Origin: Eledone cirrhosa
Taxonomy: Eukaryota
Assembly: GCA_964016885.1 (NCBI GenBank)
Contig: OZ024753.1
Span: 33,666,001-33,730,000 of the forward strand
Direction of reading: 5' to 3'
Length of the DNA: 64,000 nucleotides
Shown here: positions 42,246 through 58,100 of the stretch, one piece after another
How the letters are laid out: every line of letters begins with the position of its first letter
Numbering within the stretch: the stretch's first letter is position 1
Program-made: the position numbers and the translations under genes
The notes under the pieces: model-generated
Seen by the model: only the letters and a program-made list of their open reading frames with translations
Databases searched by the model: none
What the model was told of the DNA's origin: nothing

Positions 42246-43768
42246 AGAAAACCTATCCCAGTCTGTTGTCCCAGTTTTCAAAAAGGGAAACAAATCCCTT
42301 GCCGTGAATTACCGTCCAATCTCACTCACCTCTCATATCATTAAGGTATTTGAGAGAGTGGTGAGATCGCGAATGACCCACTTCCTTGAGAGTAACAATA
42401 TGCTGAACTCCAACCAGCATGGATTCCGTAATGGAAGGGATTGCCTGACGCAGCTACTGCATCACTTTGATGACATTTTGAGAGCCTTGGGAGAGGGTTC
42501 CAACACTGATGTTATCTACCTTGATTTCAGCAAGGCCTTTGACAGGGTTGATCATAACATTCTACTGAGAAAGCTGTCCAATATTGGTGTCACTGGAAAG
42601 CTGTTGCAGTGGATCAAGAGCTTCCTGTCAAACAGAACCCAACATGTTGTAGTTGAGGGAGTCAAATCAAGCCCAGCCAAAGTCAGTAGTGGGGTCCCAC
42701 AAGGCACTGTGTTGGGCCCACTTCTCTTCATCATCTATATTAATGACATCACTGACATCATCAAACACAGCAACATTAAAATTTTCGCTGATGATTCCAA
42801 GCTCCAAAAGGTCATCAATGGCGTGGATGACCGGATAAGCCTTCAGTCAGACCTACTGGCTGTTACCCAATGGGCAGAAAAGAACAACATGTTACTGAAC
42901 GAAGACAAATTCGAACTGATCCACTTTGGAAAAGAGGATGCTCTGAAACTCCCGTACTCCCTTCCCTCCGGGGAAACTCTCGTGGCATCTAACAACATCA
43001 GAGACTTGGGAGTAACCGTGGACAGCAACATAAGCTGGACCACGCATATAAGCAGCAAAGTTGACATGGCCCGCAGAATGTGTTCCTGGATCCTCAGAAC
43101 CTTCCAGTCGAGAGATTCCCGCACCATTATTCTTCTCTTCTCTACTTTCGCCCGACCACACCTTGAATACTGTTGTCCACTGTGGTCTCCCCGCACGAAA
43201 CAAAGTATCATGAAACTTGAAGCTCCTCAAAGGGCAATCACGAAAAAGATAGATGGCATGTCAGACCTTGACTACTGGGGTCGATTAGAAAACCTGAAAC
43301 TTTACTCACTCCAACGTCGCCGTGAGCGTTATATTATCTGCATGATGTGGAAAATGTTCCATCATCACTGCCCAAATGATGTTGGCATCGCCTTCAAGAT
43401 ACACCCAAGGCTTGGGCCCCGTGCTACCCGTCCCATTCAAAAATCTAAATCGCAACTCATAACAACAATACGGCACAATTATTTCACCTCAATCGGCCCT
43501 GCTCTCTTCAACATCACACCAGGACACGTCAAAACAGAAACTGACCACACAAAATTCAAGAAGTCTTTGGACAAATTCCTCCAAGTAATCCCGGACAAAC
43601 CACCCACACCCGGATATGTCTCCGCAAACAGTAATTCTCTTCTCGAATGGGCCATGGTGCCCAAATCCTGAATTGAAAGACTTCGCCAGGTGGTGCTATT
43701 AAGTTAGACATGGCCTGGGCCAATACTGGCCAAAACATTTCAAAGTTATTCAAAGTTATTCAAAGTTA
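42246..43768 (+). mobile_element. 5'-truncated CR1/L2-group LINE
   Basis: Open RT frame, short 3' UTR and terminal (TTCAAAGTTA)x3 at 43739-43768; inserted in (TACA)n. Confidence 0.92.
42247..43671 (+). CDS. LINE reverse transcriptase (partial ORF2, no start codon)
   Basis: [51 protein letters not shown] and [10 protein letters not shown]; no stops. Confidence 0.9.
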   Translation, partial: ENLSQSVVPVFKKGNKSLAVNYRPISLTSHIIKVFERVVRSRMTHFLESNNMLNSNQHGFRNGRDCLTQLLHHFDDILRALGEGSNTDVIYLDFSKAFDRVDHNILLRKLSNIGVTGKLLQWIKSFLSNRTQHVVVEGVKSSPAKVSSGVPQGTVLGPLLFIIYINDITDIIKHSNIKIFADDSKLQKVINGVDDRISLQSDLLAVTQWAEKNNMLLNEDKFELIHFGKEDALKLPYSLPSGETLVASNNIRDLGVTVDSNISWTTHISSKVDMARRMCSWILRTFQSRDSRTIILLFSTFARPHLEYCCPLWSPRTKQSIMKLEAPQRAITKKIDGMSDLDYWGRLENLKLYSLQRRRERYIICMMWKMFHHHCPNDVGIAFKIHPRLGPRATRPIQKSKSQLITTIRHNYFTSIGPALFNITPGHVKTETDHTKFKKSLDKFLQVIPDKPPTPGYVSANSNSLLEWAMVPKS

Positions 43769-46197
<2,429 letters not shown>

Positions 46198-46407
46198 TGT
46201 TATATTTGGGGAGGGTCATATTTGCGTAATATTGCCAGAATTAATAACAGAACACACTCACTGTTTGGTTGGTTTTCGCTTCTCGCTGTCTTTTATATAT
46301 ATATATATCTGCGATCTAACTTACTCGGTCCTCAATGTTGCCATTGACTGACCGGCGGTCAAAAATAATACAGATACAATATAGACAAACACATATATAT
46401 ATAATTT

Positions 46408-46448
46408 ACATAAATCTTTCGTTGCACATCTGCAACATCGTCAGTGGT
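46408..46448 (-). ncRNA. Hammerhead-like ribozyme of a second type
   Basis: Minus strand acca CTGACGA t gttgca gatg tgcaac GAAA gatt TA tgt. Perfect 6-bp stem II; stems I and III are weakened. Confidence 0.6.
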
Positions 46449-46717
46449 GTTATATTCATTGTTCCTCCTGTTGTGTTGTATGTCTACGCCATTTTTTTTT
46501 GTTCAGTCTGTCTATATATTTATTTATTTATTTGCTTGTTTGTTTATCTTATTTTATTTTGTCTTCTTTGCGCATGCGTTTGCGTGTGTGTATAGTGTTA
46601 TGTGTGATGTGTGACTAGTGTGTATAGTGTTGTGTCTGCTGGGTGACTAGTGTGTGTTTATGTGCTTGTGTATGTATTTATTTATCTTATTTAATTTAAT
46701 TTAATTTACTTATTTAT

Positions 46718-47101
46718 TTATACTTCTCTTAGGTCAGTGTTGTTTGTTTGGGTGTTGTTGTTGTTCCACTCATTCTTTCTGTTTAGCTTTGGTCTTCTAA
46801 TTTCTATTTCACTGGCCTCTCTGATTTGCCTATCTGCTGGGTCATTCCTATGTTTAGATATTATTCTAATTTCTATGTTGTCTATGTTACCGTCATGTTG
46901 TTGTCTAGCATGTTCGTATAGTACTGACCCGTTTTTTCGTCCTTTTAGTTCCCCCCAGTGTTGGTCTATCCTTTCACCTATGCTACGAGCTGTCTCACCT
47001 ATGTATGTTGTTGTCGTGTTTCTGCAAGTACCCTCTGTACATCTTATGCTATAGACTACGTTTCTAGTTTTACAGTTTATCCGGGGGTTCACCTTACATA
47101 T
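46718..47101 (-). CDS. PLE GIY-YIG endonuclease domain (partial)
   Basis: CK..NCKTRNVVYSIRC..TYIGETARSIGERIDQH..HARQQH..DRQIREASEI..PKLNRKNEW gives the VVY/YIG motifs, catalytic R and E, and a terminal LN. Confidence 0.88.
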   Translation of the reverse strand: MCKVNPRINCKTRNVVYSIRCTEGTCRNTTTTYIGETARSIGERIDQHWGELKGRKNGSVLYEHARQQHDGNIDNIEIRIISKHRNDPADRQIREASEIEIRRPKLNRKNEWNNNNTQTNNTDLREV

Positions 47102-47130
47102 GATACATATATATATATATATATATATAT

Positions 47131-47500
47131 AAGGGTGGCCCTTGTTTTTCAACTTTCTAAAAGTTTAGCTCCCATTTTGTTCCAATTAACAAACAAACAA
47201 TCTATGGAAAACTCTAGCTCAAGCGGATAACTGAAAGGCAACCCTCTTCGTCCGTGAAATTTTGAAGTTTTCTTCCGGAAAGTCATTTTTTCAGATAAAA
47301 ACATTTTATCTCATATAATTTTCTCTTAAATTAAAAACTTGTTCAGACTAATTCTTGATATTAGAAGGATAAGTGACAATAAATAAAATGGGGAAGGCAA
47401 CTTGCAAACAGAGCGCAGGTATAGGGCAAACACTCATTTTTCGCTGTGGGAGCTGCAAAATTTTAACTTTCGGAAAATACCTATTGCTAAGGCCACCCTA
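47131..47500. mobile_element. MITE with short TIRs (agggtggcc / ggccaccct); a second right end lies at ~48020-48080
   Basis: TIRs plus the subterminal gggagc.gcaaaa.tttaactttcggaaa motif, duplicated at 48026-48080. Confidence 0.65.
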
Positions 47501-47703
47501 ATATACATATATCCGTATGTGGTTCACAGCTGAGAGAAATGAATATATATATATATATATATATATGCATTGTCTTTAATTGTCCTTAACACTAAGACTT
47601 ATTAAAATAATATAAACAATTCACCATCCAGATGGCTTCCAAAAATAATGGTTGCATTTTAAAAGGGTACGTCAAAGCTTATTTGTAAAACTGTTATATA
47701 TTG

Positions 47704-47768
47704 TATTTTGTCTGATGAAGGCATACCATAAATTAATTTGGTATCCCTGAAATATGTATAATGAAATA
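47704..47768 (+). ncRNA. Minimal hammerhead ribozyme
   Basis: tattttgt CTGATGA agg c atacca taaattaatt tggtat c cct GAAA tatgta TA atgaaata; 8-bp stem I with two G-U pairs. Confidence 0.8.
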
Positions 47769-48077
47769 AATATGGTTTTATAAATATAGTTTCCATTTAT
47801 TAATATCGTAAATATATATATATATATATATGATATGTATTCATACACTCTCCTTACTATCCTTGTTTTCATATTTCTCCTTGCTTCCTTTTTCTCATTG
47901 TATTTGTATATAAACAAGTACATAAATACAAGGAAAAAGGGAGCGCAATGAGAAAAGGAAAGCAAGGAGAGCATTGTGAAATTTTGCACACCGTGTTATT
48001 ATTGATTGGAACAGGATTAGGGAGTGGGAGCAGCAAAACTTTAACTTTCGGAAAATTACCTAATGCTAAGGGCCACC

Positions 48078-48119
<42 letters not shown>

Positions 48120-48169
48120 AAAAATATGGAGAGACGAATACTGCATGGTTGCACATGGATAACATGTTA

Positions 48170-48310
48170 TAAAATGAGTCCCTCATCAGTGATTTGCCAA
48201 CGGTCATTGGTATTTCATTGCATTAAAAATCATATACCTCACGTTGGTGCAATAATAACTAAAATAAGTTATTAGGACAATTAAAACGCGTAAAGCGAGT
48301 GAGGCAAGTA
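48170..48310 (+). repeat. Dispersed repeat (reverse copy at ~53690-53820)
   Basis: gtcc.tcatcagtgat...cattggtatttcat.gc.ttaaa.a.catatacctc..gttggtgcaa is shared in opposite orientation. Confidence 0.7.
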
Positions 48311-48804
48311 AACAACACAGAGGAAAGCTAACCGAAGATAGAATAACTATGTAGCTTGTGTTTCTTCCTATCAGTATAAGCTGGGTGAATATATGAGCGA
48401 GTAAGAAATAGACCTTTCGCGAGGAATCCGATGCAAGAAAGAAGGAAAATCGTTTTCGCAGCGAACGGGGGGAAGTGAGAAGGGGAGAAACAGTGAGTGA
48501 GTGAAAGTGCGAGGAAGAGGTCAGTCGAGAGAAAGTGTTAACTGACATGACAGAGGGGACGAAAGAAAGTAAGAGAAACAGAGAGAACGAGGGAGCAGTA
48601 AGAGAGAGAGAGAGAGAGAGAAAAACAGAATCGCAGTTTAGGTAAATATATGTGAAAAATATATATATATAAAGTCAGGTTCGATCTGTAATAGATCTTG
48701 CCTCGAGCTGATCGATAGAGAAACGTATGTAATATGTTAATAAATATGATATGATGAAACACTGAATCCTCGTTCTTTATAATTATATTATGTACATATA
48801 GTAG

Positions 48805-49185
48805 TATGTGTATATGTATATATATTATGTATGTATATATTATGTATGCATATATTATGTATGTATATATATTATGTATGTATATATATTATGTATGTAT
48901 ATATATTATGTATGTATATATTATGTATATATTATGTATATATTATGTATGTATATATTATGTATGTGTATATTATGTATATATTATGTATGTATATATT
49001 ATGTATGTATATATTATGTATGTATATATTATGTATGTATATATTATGTATGTATATATTATGTATGCATATATTATGTATGTATATATATTATGTATGT
49101 ATATATATTATGTATGTATATATATATTATGTATGTATATATATATTATGTATATATATATATATTATGTATATATATATATATA
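48805..49185. repeat. (TATTATGTATGTATA)n-like satellite
   Basis: Seen directly. Confidence 0.9.
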
Positions 49186-52100
49186 CATACACGCATTCAC
49201 TATTTTCAGTTTTCTTCCGATGGGTTAGTAATACCGCCTCGTGGTATTATATAACTAGTAGCAGTAGCAAGATAATTCTTTGTCTCCCATTATGAGCCGA
49301 GAGCGAATTTTGGAAAGGATGTGATATCGGAAGTAGCCTAACACTGTTTATATATCTGCTCACTGATTGGACGTGTAAAACGAATTGAATGGTAGATATT
49401 TTATAGAATAATTCTAAGAAGCATACAACTTTGGTCATTCTATACTCAATTGCAGAGAACATAAAACTTCTTGTCAAAATACGATTAGGTATATATATAT
49501 ATATATATATATATAGTAATAATAATAAATGTGAAGACTAAAATCCAAAGAGGGCTCGATAAGGGTGAAAGCGCCGATTCTTTGCTTAAACTTTAATCTG
49601 TTATTTTAATAAATAATAAAATAAATAATATATATATATATATATATATATATTTATTTGATGGCGTACTTTAGATCATTGTATTGACTCCCCACCATTG
49701 CATCCTCAGAGTCCGTAATTCAGGTAGAAAAAGAATCTCAGAAATTTGCTATATGGCAGAAATGTCAGTAAATGGATTTATTATACAAGTTAGGTGTAGA
49801 TATAGTGTCAAGGAAACAGATACATAGTTACAGTATATTTATAGAAACAGATTTGTATTGTGAACTTGTGACTATTATGCGCTTGGTCAACTTCGTTATA
49901 TCTTTATAAAACTCACCCGAAAATATTGATGTATGTGTGATTGTACCTGGTTTGTATGTTAGCTATTTATCTGTATTTGTTTAGTTGTATTTTAAGATGA
50001 ATTATTTTGTAAGTTCTTTGTTTCAGTAACTACTAAGAGCTAAGAAAAGTCCTGATTCAGTTTTGGTCATGTCATAAATTCATAGTAGAATTGGTATGAA
50101 ATTTCACTAAATTGATGTGCGGTGAAGAGTGAAGTATGTAACGTTTTATGTCACAAATGTGTGTGTAATATGAAAGATGGTCAGAATGTTTGAGTGAATA
50201 TAATTCCCAACACGAGTGAAATTAATATCTTAGCTCGTTAACACTCAAAATTTAATCCGAGTCGAGATAAACCCCTCTATCTCCGGGAGGCATAGCTTCA
50301 AGTTCTTCACGAGGAAATTGAGAAAAATACAAACATCGGAATCAAAACTGATAGCTACAGTTTGAATAACGTATTGTATAGTTGGCATACCTTGAAAGCT
50401 TAGCTGTGTGTCTGTCTGTCTGTGTGTGTGTATATGTGTGTGTGTGCCTGTGTCTGTCTCTGTCTGTGTGTATGTGTGTGTGTCTGTGTCTGAGTTTGTA
50501 TATGTGTGGGTGTGGGGGTGTGCCTGTGTGTGCGTGTGTACATGGATATTTAATTACAAATTCGTTAATGATTATTTTTGTGATCGCTTACTTCGTTGAT
50601 TGAATTCCCAGTGTTGAGGATAATACCAATTCTAACAGAAAGAAATTACAGTCTTCTATGAATATGTATATTTTCCCCTCATATGCCTGTGTCCGGAATA
50701 TTGATAGAAATTGGATTAGGGGAACTAGTTGTAAACTAAAGCTACTCCTGCATGCATTACGCGTTACATCATTTGAAGAGTTTAGAACAGTGGTCTGTTG
50801 TGCATTATTCATGTATTGCTTTCGCAATTATTGTTATACGAGAATAGTTTGAAGAGCAAGTTTTATAGTTAAGAAACTAAAAGATGAGGATTTGTTAAAG
50901 ATTGTGACTGTGGTTTGAAAGATTTAGCTGCTATTTCTACTGGGCCAAGTGATTTGACAGATACATCCTCGAAGATATATGACCAAGACGGAAAGTAGGC
51001 TAAGAAAAGAAGTTAAAGCTAAATCAGTGCATTAAAAAAAAAAAAAAAATGATTAATACCATGGAAAACTGACAGAAAAATCATATATAAGACTAACTCT
51101 TACAGTTCACGCCTGCGTAGATATAGCATACATGTATATATGATGGATGATTACAGAGATTCCATCAACGAAATTCCTCTCATACGATACTAATCAATCT
51201 GAAGTTAGAAGATACTTATCTAAATCATCTGAAATGTTGCGCAATATGATGAGACTGAACCCAGGACCACGTGGCCACAAAGAGTAATCCCATCCCCCCA
51301 AAAGCCCAGCCTCTATTCCTCCGCCTATGTGTGATTAAATGTAGGATCTCATCTCATTTATTATTTAGGCCATATTAGCTTCTTTAGCACAAGTTCATTT
51401 ATTCAATGATATATCGATCTTGTCCGATTCATTTCTTGTTCGGACTAATTAGAATATAGATTTATCGATTCGTTGGTTGCTTAATTTCCACCACTAGATG
51501 TCGCTCTAAATGAGAGCAAATGATATCCATATTATTTTCTGTTTGTTTTGGGGGAAGATTTTGTCATTTTGTTTTACTCATCTTCATTTCCTTCTCCAAT
51601 AACTCTTTATTCAAACCATGCAGCATCAGCAGTTCGTAATATTATAAATGTCAGAGGAAATTACAAACTTATATTAGCACATATATAATATTGCACAAAA
51701 TCTACTTCCCAAGGCTAAACATTAAAACCAAGCAAAAAGCAAAACCAAATACGCAAAACATGGTCAGTTCCGAGCATACGATGACCTTCTATAAAGCTGA
51801 ACTGCAACCTATATTAGGATTGTGTGTGTACGTAAGTGAAACGGTGCTATTGTAACACACATGCATACAATCTAGATTGTATTCTAATTAATGTCCTCTA
51901 ACTGATTGCTATAGATTCACTTGCGGCATCGACACAGATACGATGTTCGTTCTCCATATAACTCTCGTTCGCTAATAAAGGGCTTCTATTGTACGATTAA
52001 ATAAATTACTGATTCGATAACAGTGTTTGATTTTAATGCTATATTATACTATATGACGAACCTATGGATTATAGCTACCACAGCATGTGTAAACTAATTA

Positions 52101-52800
52101 AAATTAATTAGATGTATTAGACAGTAGTAAACAGCCTTACTCCTACTGCATATACAAAACGTGGAATTGGATGGACTATAGTTTCAAACCTTATTACCTT
52201 CTCATCAGCAGCTGCTTAACTTATTCTTAATTAATCACTGTGAAATTGTGTTTAAAGCTGCATTTATTAAGCGTGTGATTAAATCAGATAGACTGATTTG
52301 AATATTTGACGGTTCAATTAAATATATTACTGTTCAGAACTAAGACACTATATGCTAAGCGATACAAGCGTCTTACTTTAGTCATCGTCTTTATCGTAAA
52401 CCTGTTCGATAATCTGTTCTAAATAATTCCCTCAATTATATCTTACCAGATGTGTAACCACCTGGAACCGTGTGTCCATAATCTACCCAACACAGGTATA
52501 ACGACGTGGTCATTGGACTCGCTAGAAACAGCTGTCAAGCGTTAAACACAAAATAAGCTACATTTGACATTACTCTAACAATTATATAATAGAAAAACGA
52601 AGGATTTTTCAATTATATAATAGTTCGTCTCCAAAGAAGGGAGCAAATACCTTACATTTGTTAACAGACATTTTGGTGTAAAATAACATGCACAAAGCCT
52701 GGACTATCAATTCAACGTGTCCTGCTAACAGGTTATCCCTTTTAGCCTGAGATTTATACACAATTTCCACATGTTCTAAAAACGTAGTTTATAAATATAT

Positions 52801-52983
52801 AATTGTTTCTACTTTTGGCACAAGGCCAGCAATTATTCCAGTGCATTACTGGTACTTTATTCTATCGACCTCGTAAGTTTGAAAGGCAAAGTTAACCTCG
52901 GCGGGATTTGAACTCAGAACATAAAGGGACGTAACTATGCTGGAAAGCATAGCGCCCGACCCTCTACATATACTGTCAATCCA
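52801..52983 (-). mobile_element. tRNA-derived SINE
   Basis: Family head, core and tail. Confidence 0.88.
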
Positions 52984-53820
52984 TATAGATAATATTTATT
53001 ATAGATAATATTTATGTTCATATTTTGGAGTAAAATTGTTTATGTACAGATGGATGTAATATAGGATAATCTAATTAAATATTTATATAAATAAATCTAA
53101 CGTCCCATAAATGTTTCTGGCGATTTCCAGTTAAAGAAGCAAAGTATAATGTTCAATGCTAAGTATACTTTGATTGACAGGTATTAAATTTAGAAGAAAT
53201 ACAATAGATGCCTGTGTAAATCGTAACACCACTCTACCGATGCATACCGATACCACTCTACTGATACATCAGTCGTTTTGTTGCTCAATTTCCATATAAA
53301 ATCCATGATAGTGAACATAAATATTGTGTTCATTATATACATATATGATAGATAGATATATAAACAAAGATACATACATACACACACATATATATATATG
53401 CACATACATACGCATATTCTCCATTCCACACACACTGGCAGGTCGCTTTTTTTCTCTCTCTCGTTTACGATTTCACAGAACTTACGTTCACCGAAATCAC
53501 AGACTAGATCCCTTCTTCCTCCCGTTAGACCTGTACGGAATTCCTTCCTTGCTCACATTCCAACCAGGTTTGATGGTCTTTATTCTCTCTCGTTCACGAT
53601 TTCACCGAATTTAAATTCATAGAAATTTGGGACTTGACTCCTTCTTCCTCACTTTTCGTTGCTTCAGCATTTTTGTTTGTTTACACTCGTGTCCCCTTTA
53701 TTTACGTGTCCCAACGACTTTTTTTAGCCGTTACTTGCACCAACCGGAGGTATATGGTCTTTAAAGCGATGAAATACCAATGATGGTTGGAAGATCACTG
53801 ATGAAGGACTAACTTTATTC

Positions 53821-53870
<50 letters not shown>

Positions 53871-53957
53871 CCGTGTGTTCGCTCCTATGTTGAATTCATA
53901 TTCTAAAAACATGCGGGCTTTTTTTAAACTATATATATATATATATACACATACAGA

Positions 53958-54068
<111 letters not shown>

Positions 54069-54489
54069 CTGCATATGTGGTACAAAAGTATGAAACTGTT
54101 CAATCTATCATTGTATTACATATTTGAAGAGTTGATAGAAGAGGAACCCTTCAAACCTTTAGCAGTTAAGTTCATTCAAAGTTTTCTAAATGTATTAAAC
54201 ATGTTCAATGCCACCGATTACACATTTTCATAGCATTTCTTACTGATAATTAAACAAATATATATAGAATATGTATAAAATACCATTGACATTTAAAACA
54301 TTTATAATGAAATTATTGAAGTCAACCAGTGTGCAATTTACCGATTCACTCTACAATGACTTTTTTGGTTTCCAAATTAATGTACATATAATCAAATACC
54401 ACACACACACACGTATGTCAATACGTGTGTACTCTGCATAAACACACACACACACACATATATATACAAATACATACACATATATTCAC

Positions 54490-55065
54490 ATACAGATACT
54501 CATGTACACACACACACACAAATATATATATATATATACATATATACACACACACTCATGTACACATACACACACAAATATATATATATACATATATACA
54601 CACACATACTCATGTACACACACACACACAAATATATATATATACATATATACACACATATACTCATGTACACACACACACATATATATATACATATATA
54701 CACACATATACTCATGTACACACACATATATATATACATATATACACACATACTCATGTACACACACACACAAATATATATATATACATATATACACACA
54801 CATACTCATGTACACACACACACAAATATATATATATACATATATACACACACATACTCATGTACACACACACACAAATATATATATATACATATATACA
54901 CACACATACTCATGTACACACACACACAAATATATATATATACATATATACACACACATACTCATGTACACACACACATATATATATACATATATACACA
55001 CATATACTCATGTACACACACACACAAATATATATATATACATATATACACACACATACTCATGT

Positions 55066-55077
<12 letters not shown>
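54490..55077. repeat. ~50-bp higher-order minisatellite built from CA/TA dinucleotides
   Basis: Anchor actcatgtacac recurs ~12 times at ~45-55 bp spacing. Confidence 0.9.
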
Positions 55078-55114
<37 letters not shown>

Positions 55115-58100
55115 AAAAAACTATCCCACCCCCTCCCCAAACACCCTCACAACTCCAAGCTCCCCAACCACACAACACACTGATGCCCCCACACTTCCAC
55201 AAACCACCACCCCACCCAACAACCCATCCCCCACCCTAATGGAAATTGTGCAGCCCGATACCCGGGACGCAGAGAGGTAAGTGCCTTTTCTCTTCACCAC
55301 CAACATGGCTATGCTAAGAGTAGGCTGTTTAAATGCGCGTGGCCTGGGCTCAACTTGGAAGCAAGCAATGCTTCTAAATGACCTCAGGTCACAACGTATA
55401 GATGTGATGGTTATTTGCGAGGCCCGGATCAGCAACGTGCGACAGCTGGCCCCCACCTTTGATGACTTTGAGATGCACGCATCTCTCTGTCAGCCCGGAG
55501 GTGGGGGTGGAGTTGTCGTTCTGCTGCAAAAACATCTGGGTCTCGCAACACAGATGGTACATTTGGACCCGGAGGGTCGACTAGTGGTTCTGGACCTTGG
55601 CAGTGGTAAAGGCGGAGCGTTTAGGTTGGTAGCCGCCTACGGCCCTTTCGGGTCAATGCGGCCGGACTTCTTCCATCGTCTGGAGACTTTTCTAGGGACG
55701 TCCCGCTCCTTGCTATTAGTGGGGGACTGGAATGGTATCCTAGATGCACGCTGGGACTACGTAGGGGCCTGCCCCGATAGAGAGGGGTGTAATAGCCTCA
55801 AAGGGTTAATCGGTCGATTTGACCTGGCCGATAGATATCGACTAGATTTTCCGACTGCGCCAACCTGGACTTGGGCAAATCGTAGCGGATCATCTAGGTC
55901 GTACCTAGATAGGTTCTTAGTTAGAATTAAGGATAAGGACTTTTTAAGTTGTCCAAAAATGCGCATTGTTGGCTATTCAGACCACAAATTAGTGACCTGC
56001 ATGGTCAACCTTGACAGAACTCATAGACAGGGCCCCGGTTACTGGAAGCTCAACTTGTCCTTGCCGGCAAGTAGAGCCTACAGGAATCGGATTAGTACGT
56101 TAGTTAAGGAACGGTTGACTGGAGCGATCGTCAACAGCAGGTGGTGGGTATCTCTAAAGAGAGAGATTAGAGTAGTCTCGATAGAATTTAGTAAGGTTCT
56201 AGCTGCGGATAGGAATAGGAAGGAAAGGGAGCTAATAGATAGAGTAGAAGAGGCAATTAGAAGCGGCGACGTGGCCAGAGTGCTAGCGTCGAGAACGGCG
56301 TTGAGCCAGTTTTTCGACGCGAAGCACGAAGGCTGCGTTGTCCGAAGTAAAATACGTGCTCTAGGGAACGAGGGGACCAAAGCTGTTAGCTGGGCCCGCG
56401 TGACAGAGGCCAACAGTGGAACTAAATCCACCATCCGGTCTTTGCAAGTCCTGGATGGACGGGCGATTCTTGAGCCTAAGCAGATGTGTGAGGCCTTTCA
56501 AAGGCACTTTGCCCGACTGTTCGGGAGGGGCGGGGAGCCGGTTGGGAACGTGGACTTCGGTCCATACCTCGACGGCCTGCCGCGCCTCTCGGACAGGGAG
56601 GCGAAGTCCTGCGAGGAGCCGATTTCGGCCGCTGAGATAGAGGACGTGCTGAGCCAATGCGGCAAACGCAAATCCCCGGGTCTCGATGGTCTTCCTTACG
56701 AATTATATCTAGCTATGCCGGACTTGTTCCCCGATCTCCTCGAGGCGGTCTACTGCAACTGGCAACAGAACGGGAGAATTCCCTGTACTGTGACCAAGGG
56801 CGTAGTCACGCTAGTGAGGAAGGACGAGAACAAGGGGGACGAAATAAGTAACTTCAGGCCCATAACACTGCTAAATACAGAGTTACAGATTTTGGCCAAG
56901 GTGCTAGCAAAGAGGTTGGCGCTTGTCGTGGGCAACCTGGTGGGAGATGCGCAGACATGCGCTATCCCGTCCAGGTCCATCCATGACAACCTCCACCTCA
57001 TGCGATACATCATAGAGAGGGTTGGGAACGAACCCGGCTTTGGTGGGGCTCTGATCAACTTGGATCAATCTAAGGCGTTCGATAGGGTCGACCATGGTTA
57101 CCTGGATGCGGTGCTAGCGGCGGCAGGCTTCGGACCCGTTTTCAGGGGCTGGATCACTGCTATGCACAGCAGCCGCATCTGCTCTAGGGTCAAGGTGAAC
57201 GGCTACCTCTCGGAGCCGTTCAAAATCGCGCGGTCCATCCGACAAGGGTGCCCTCTCTCCTCCCTTCTGTATGTGTTGACTCTCGAGCCACTACTGCGGA
57301 AGTTGGAGTTGTTGCAGGGCATCCCTTTGGAACCGGGATTGCGGAAAGCGGTGTCGGCCTACGCCGATGACGTGACAGTAATGGTGTCGACGGCCTCCGA
57401 AATCGAGGCGGTCGGCACCTTACTGGAGGAGTACGAAAAGTTCACAGGGGCTAAGCTGAACCGGGACAAGTCGATCGGTTTGCAACTCGGCACGTGGAGA
57501 GGCAGACCGATGCCCTCCGATAGCGTCGTCGGACGCTGGACGGAGGGCCCGGTGAAGTTGCTCGGGGTCTGGTTCGGACCGGACCTCCAGGTGGAGAAAA
57601 ACTGGGCGGAGGTTACGAACAGGGTGTTTGCACTGACCCAGAAGTGGGCCAGTTGCAAACTATCCCTGAAAGGTCGGGCGGAGGTGGCGAACACCTACAT
57701 AGCGTCCGTCATCTACTACCGCCTGACCGTAGTGCCCTGCCCAAGGGAAACCCTCACCAAGATGGAGCGCGCGCTCTTCCAATTCCTTTGGAAGAGGCGG
57801 GCTCCTATGGTGAGGAGATCCATCTGCTGTCAACACCCTTCGAAAGGAGGGCTGGGGATGCCGTGGCTAATGATGCGTAAACACGCATTAAGGCTACGGC
57901 ACCTCTACGTATTCCTCACCGGACAACCGGTGTGGGCCTCGTTTGTGAGACGAACCTTTCCCAAACTCGTCTCACTCACCGAGCTGCAATCCTGGGTCAA
58001 GCAAAGACCGAGAAAACTGGGCGCCTGGCACACTGAGTGTGCCCAGGCGCTCACCGCCCTCTGGCAGGCGGATCCGGTTATCAGTGGAGACTCCACCGCA

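Larger units (their letters stand above)
46200..47102 (-). mobile_element. 5'-truncated Penelope-like element (GIY-YIG, 3' UTR and hammerhead-like motif)
   Basis: Open GIY-YIG frame, then an AC-rich UTR and CTGACGA..GAAA; bounded by TA/CA tracts. Confidence 0.8.

Noticed and set aside
48120-53820. CTGATGA/CTGAGGA half-motifs at ~48182-48190(-), ~49702-49709(-) and ~53798-53805(+) as hammerheads
   Set aside because: No matching GAAA or stem closure before the adjacent (TA)n; at best truncated remnants.
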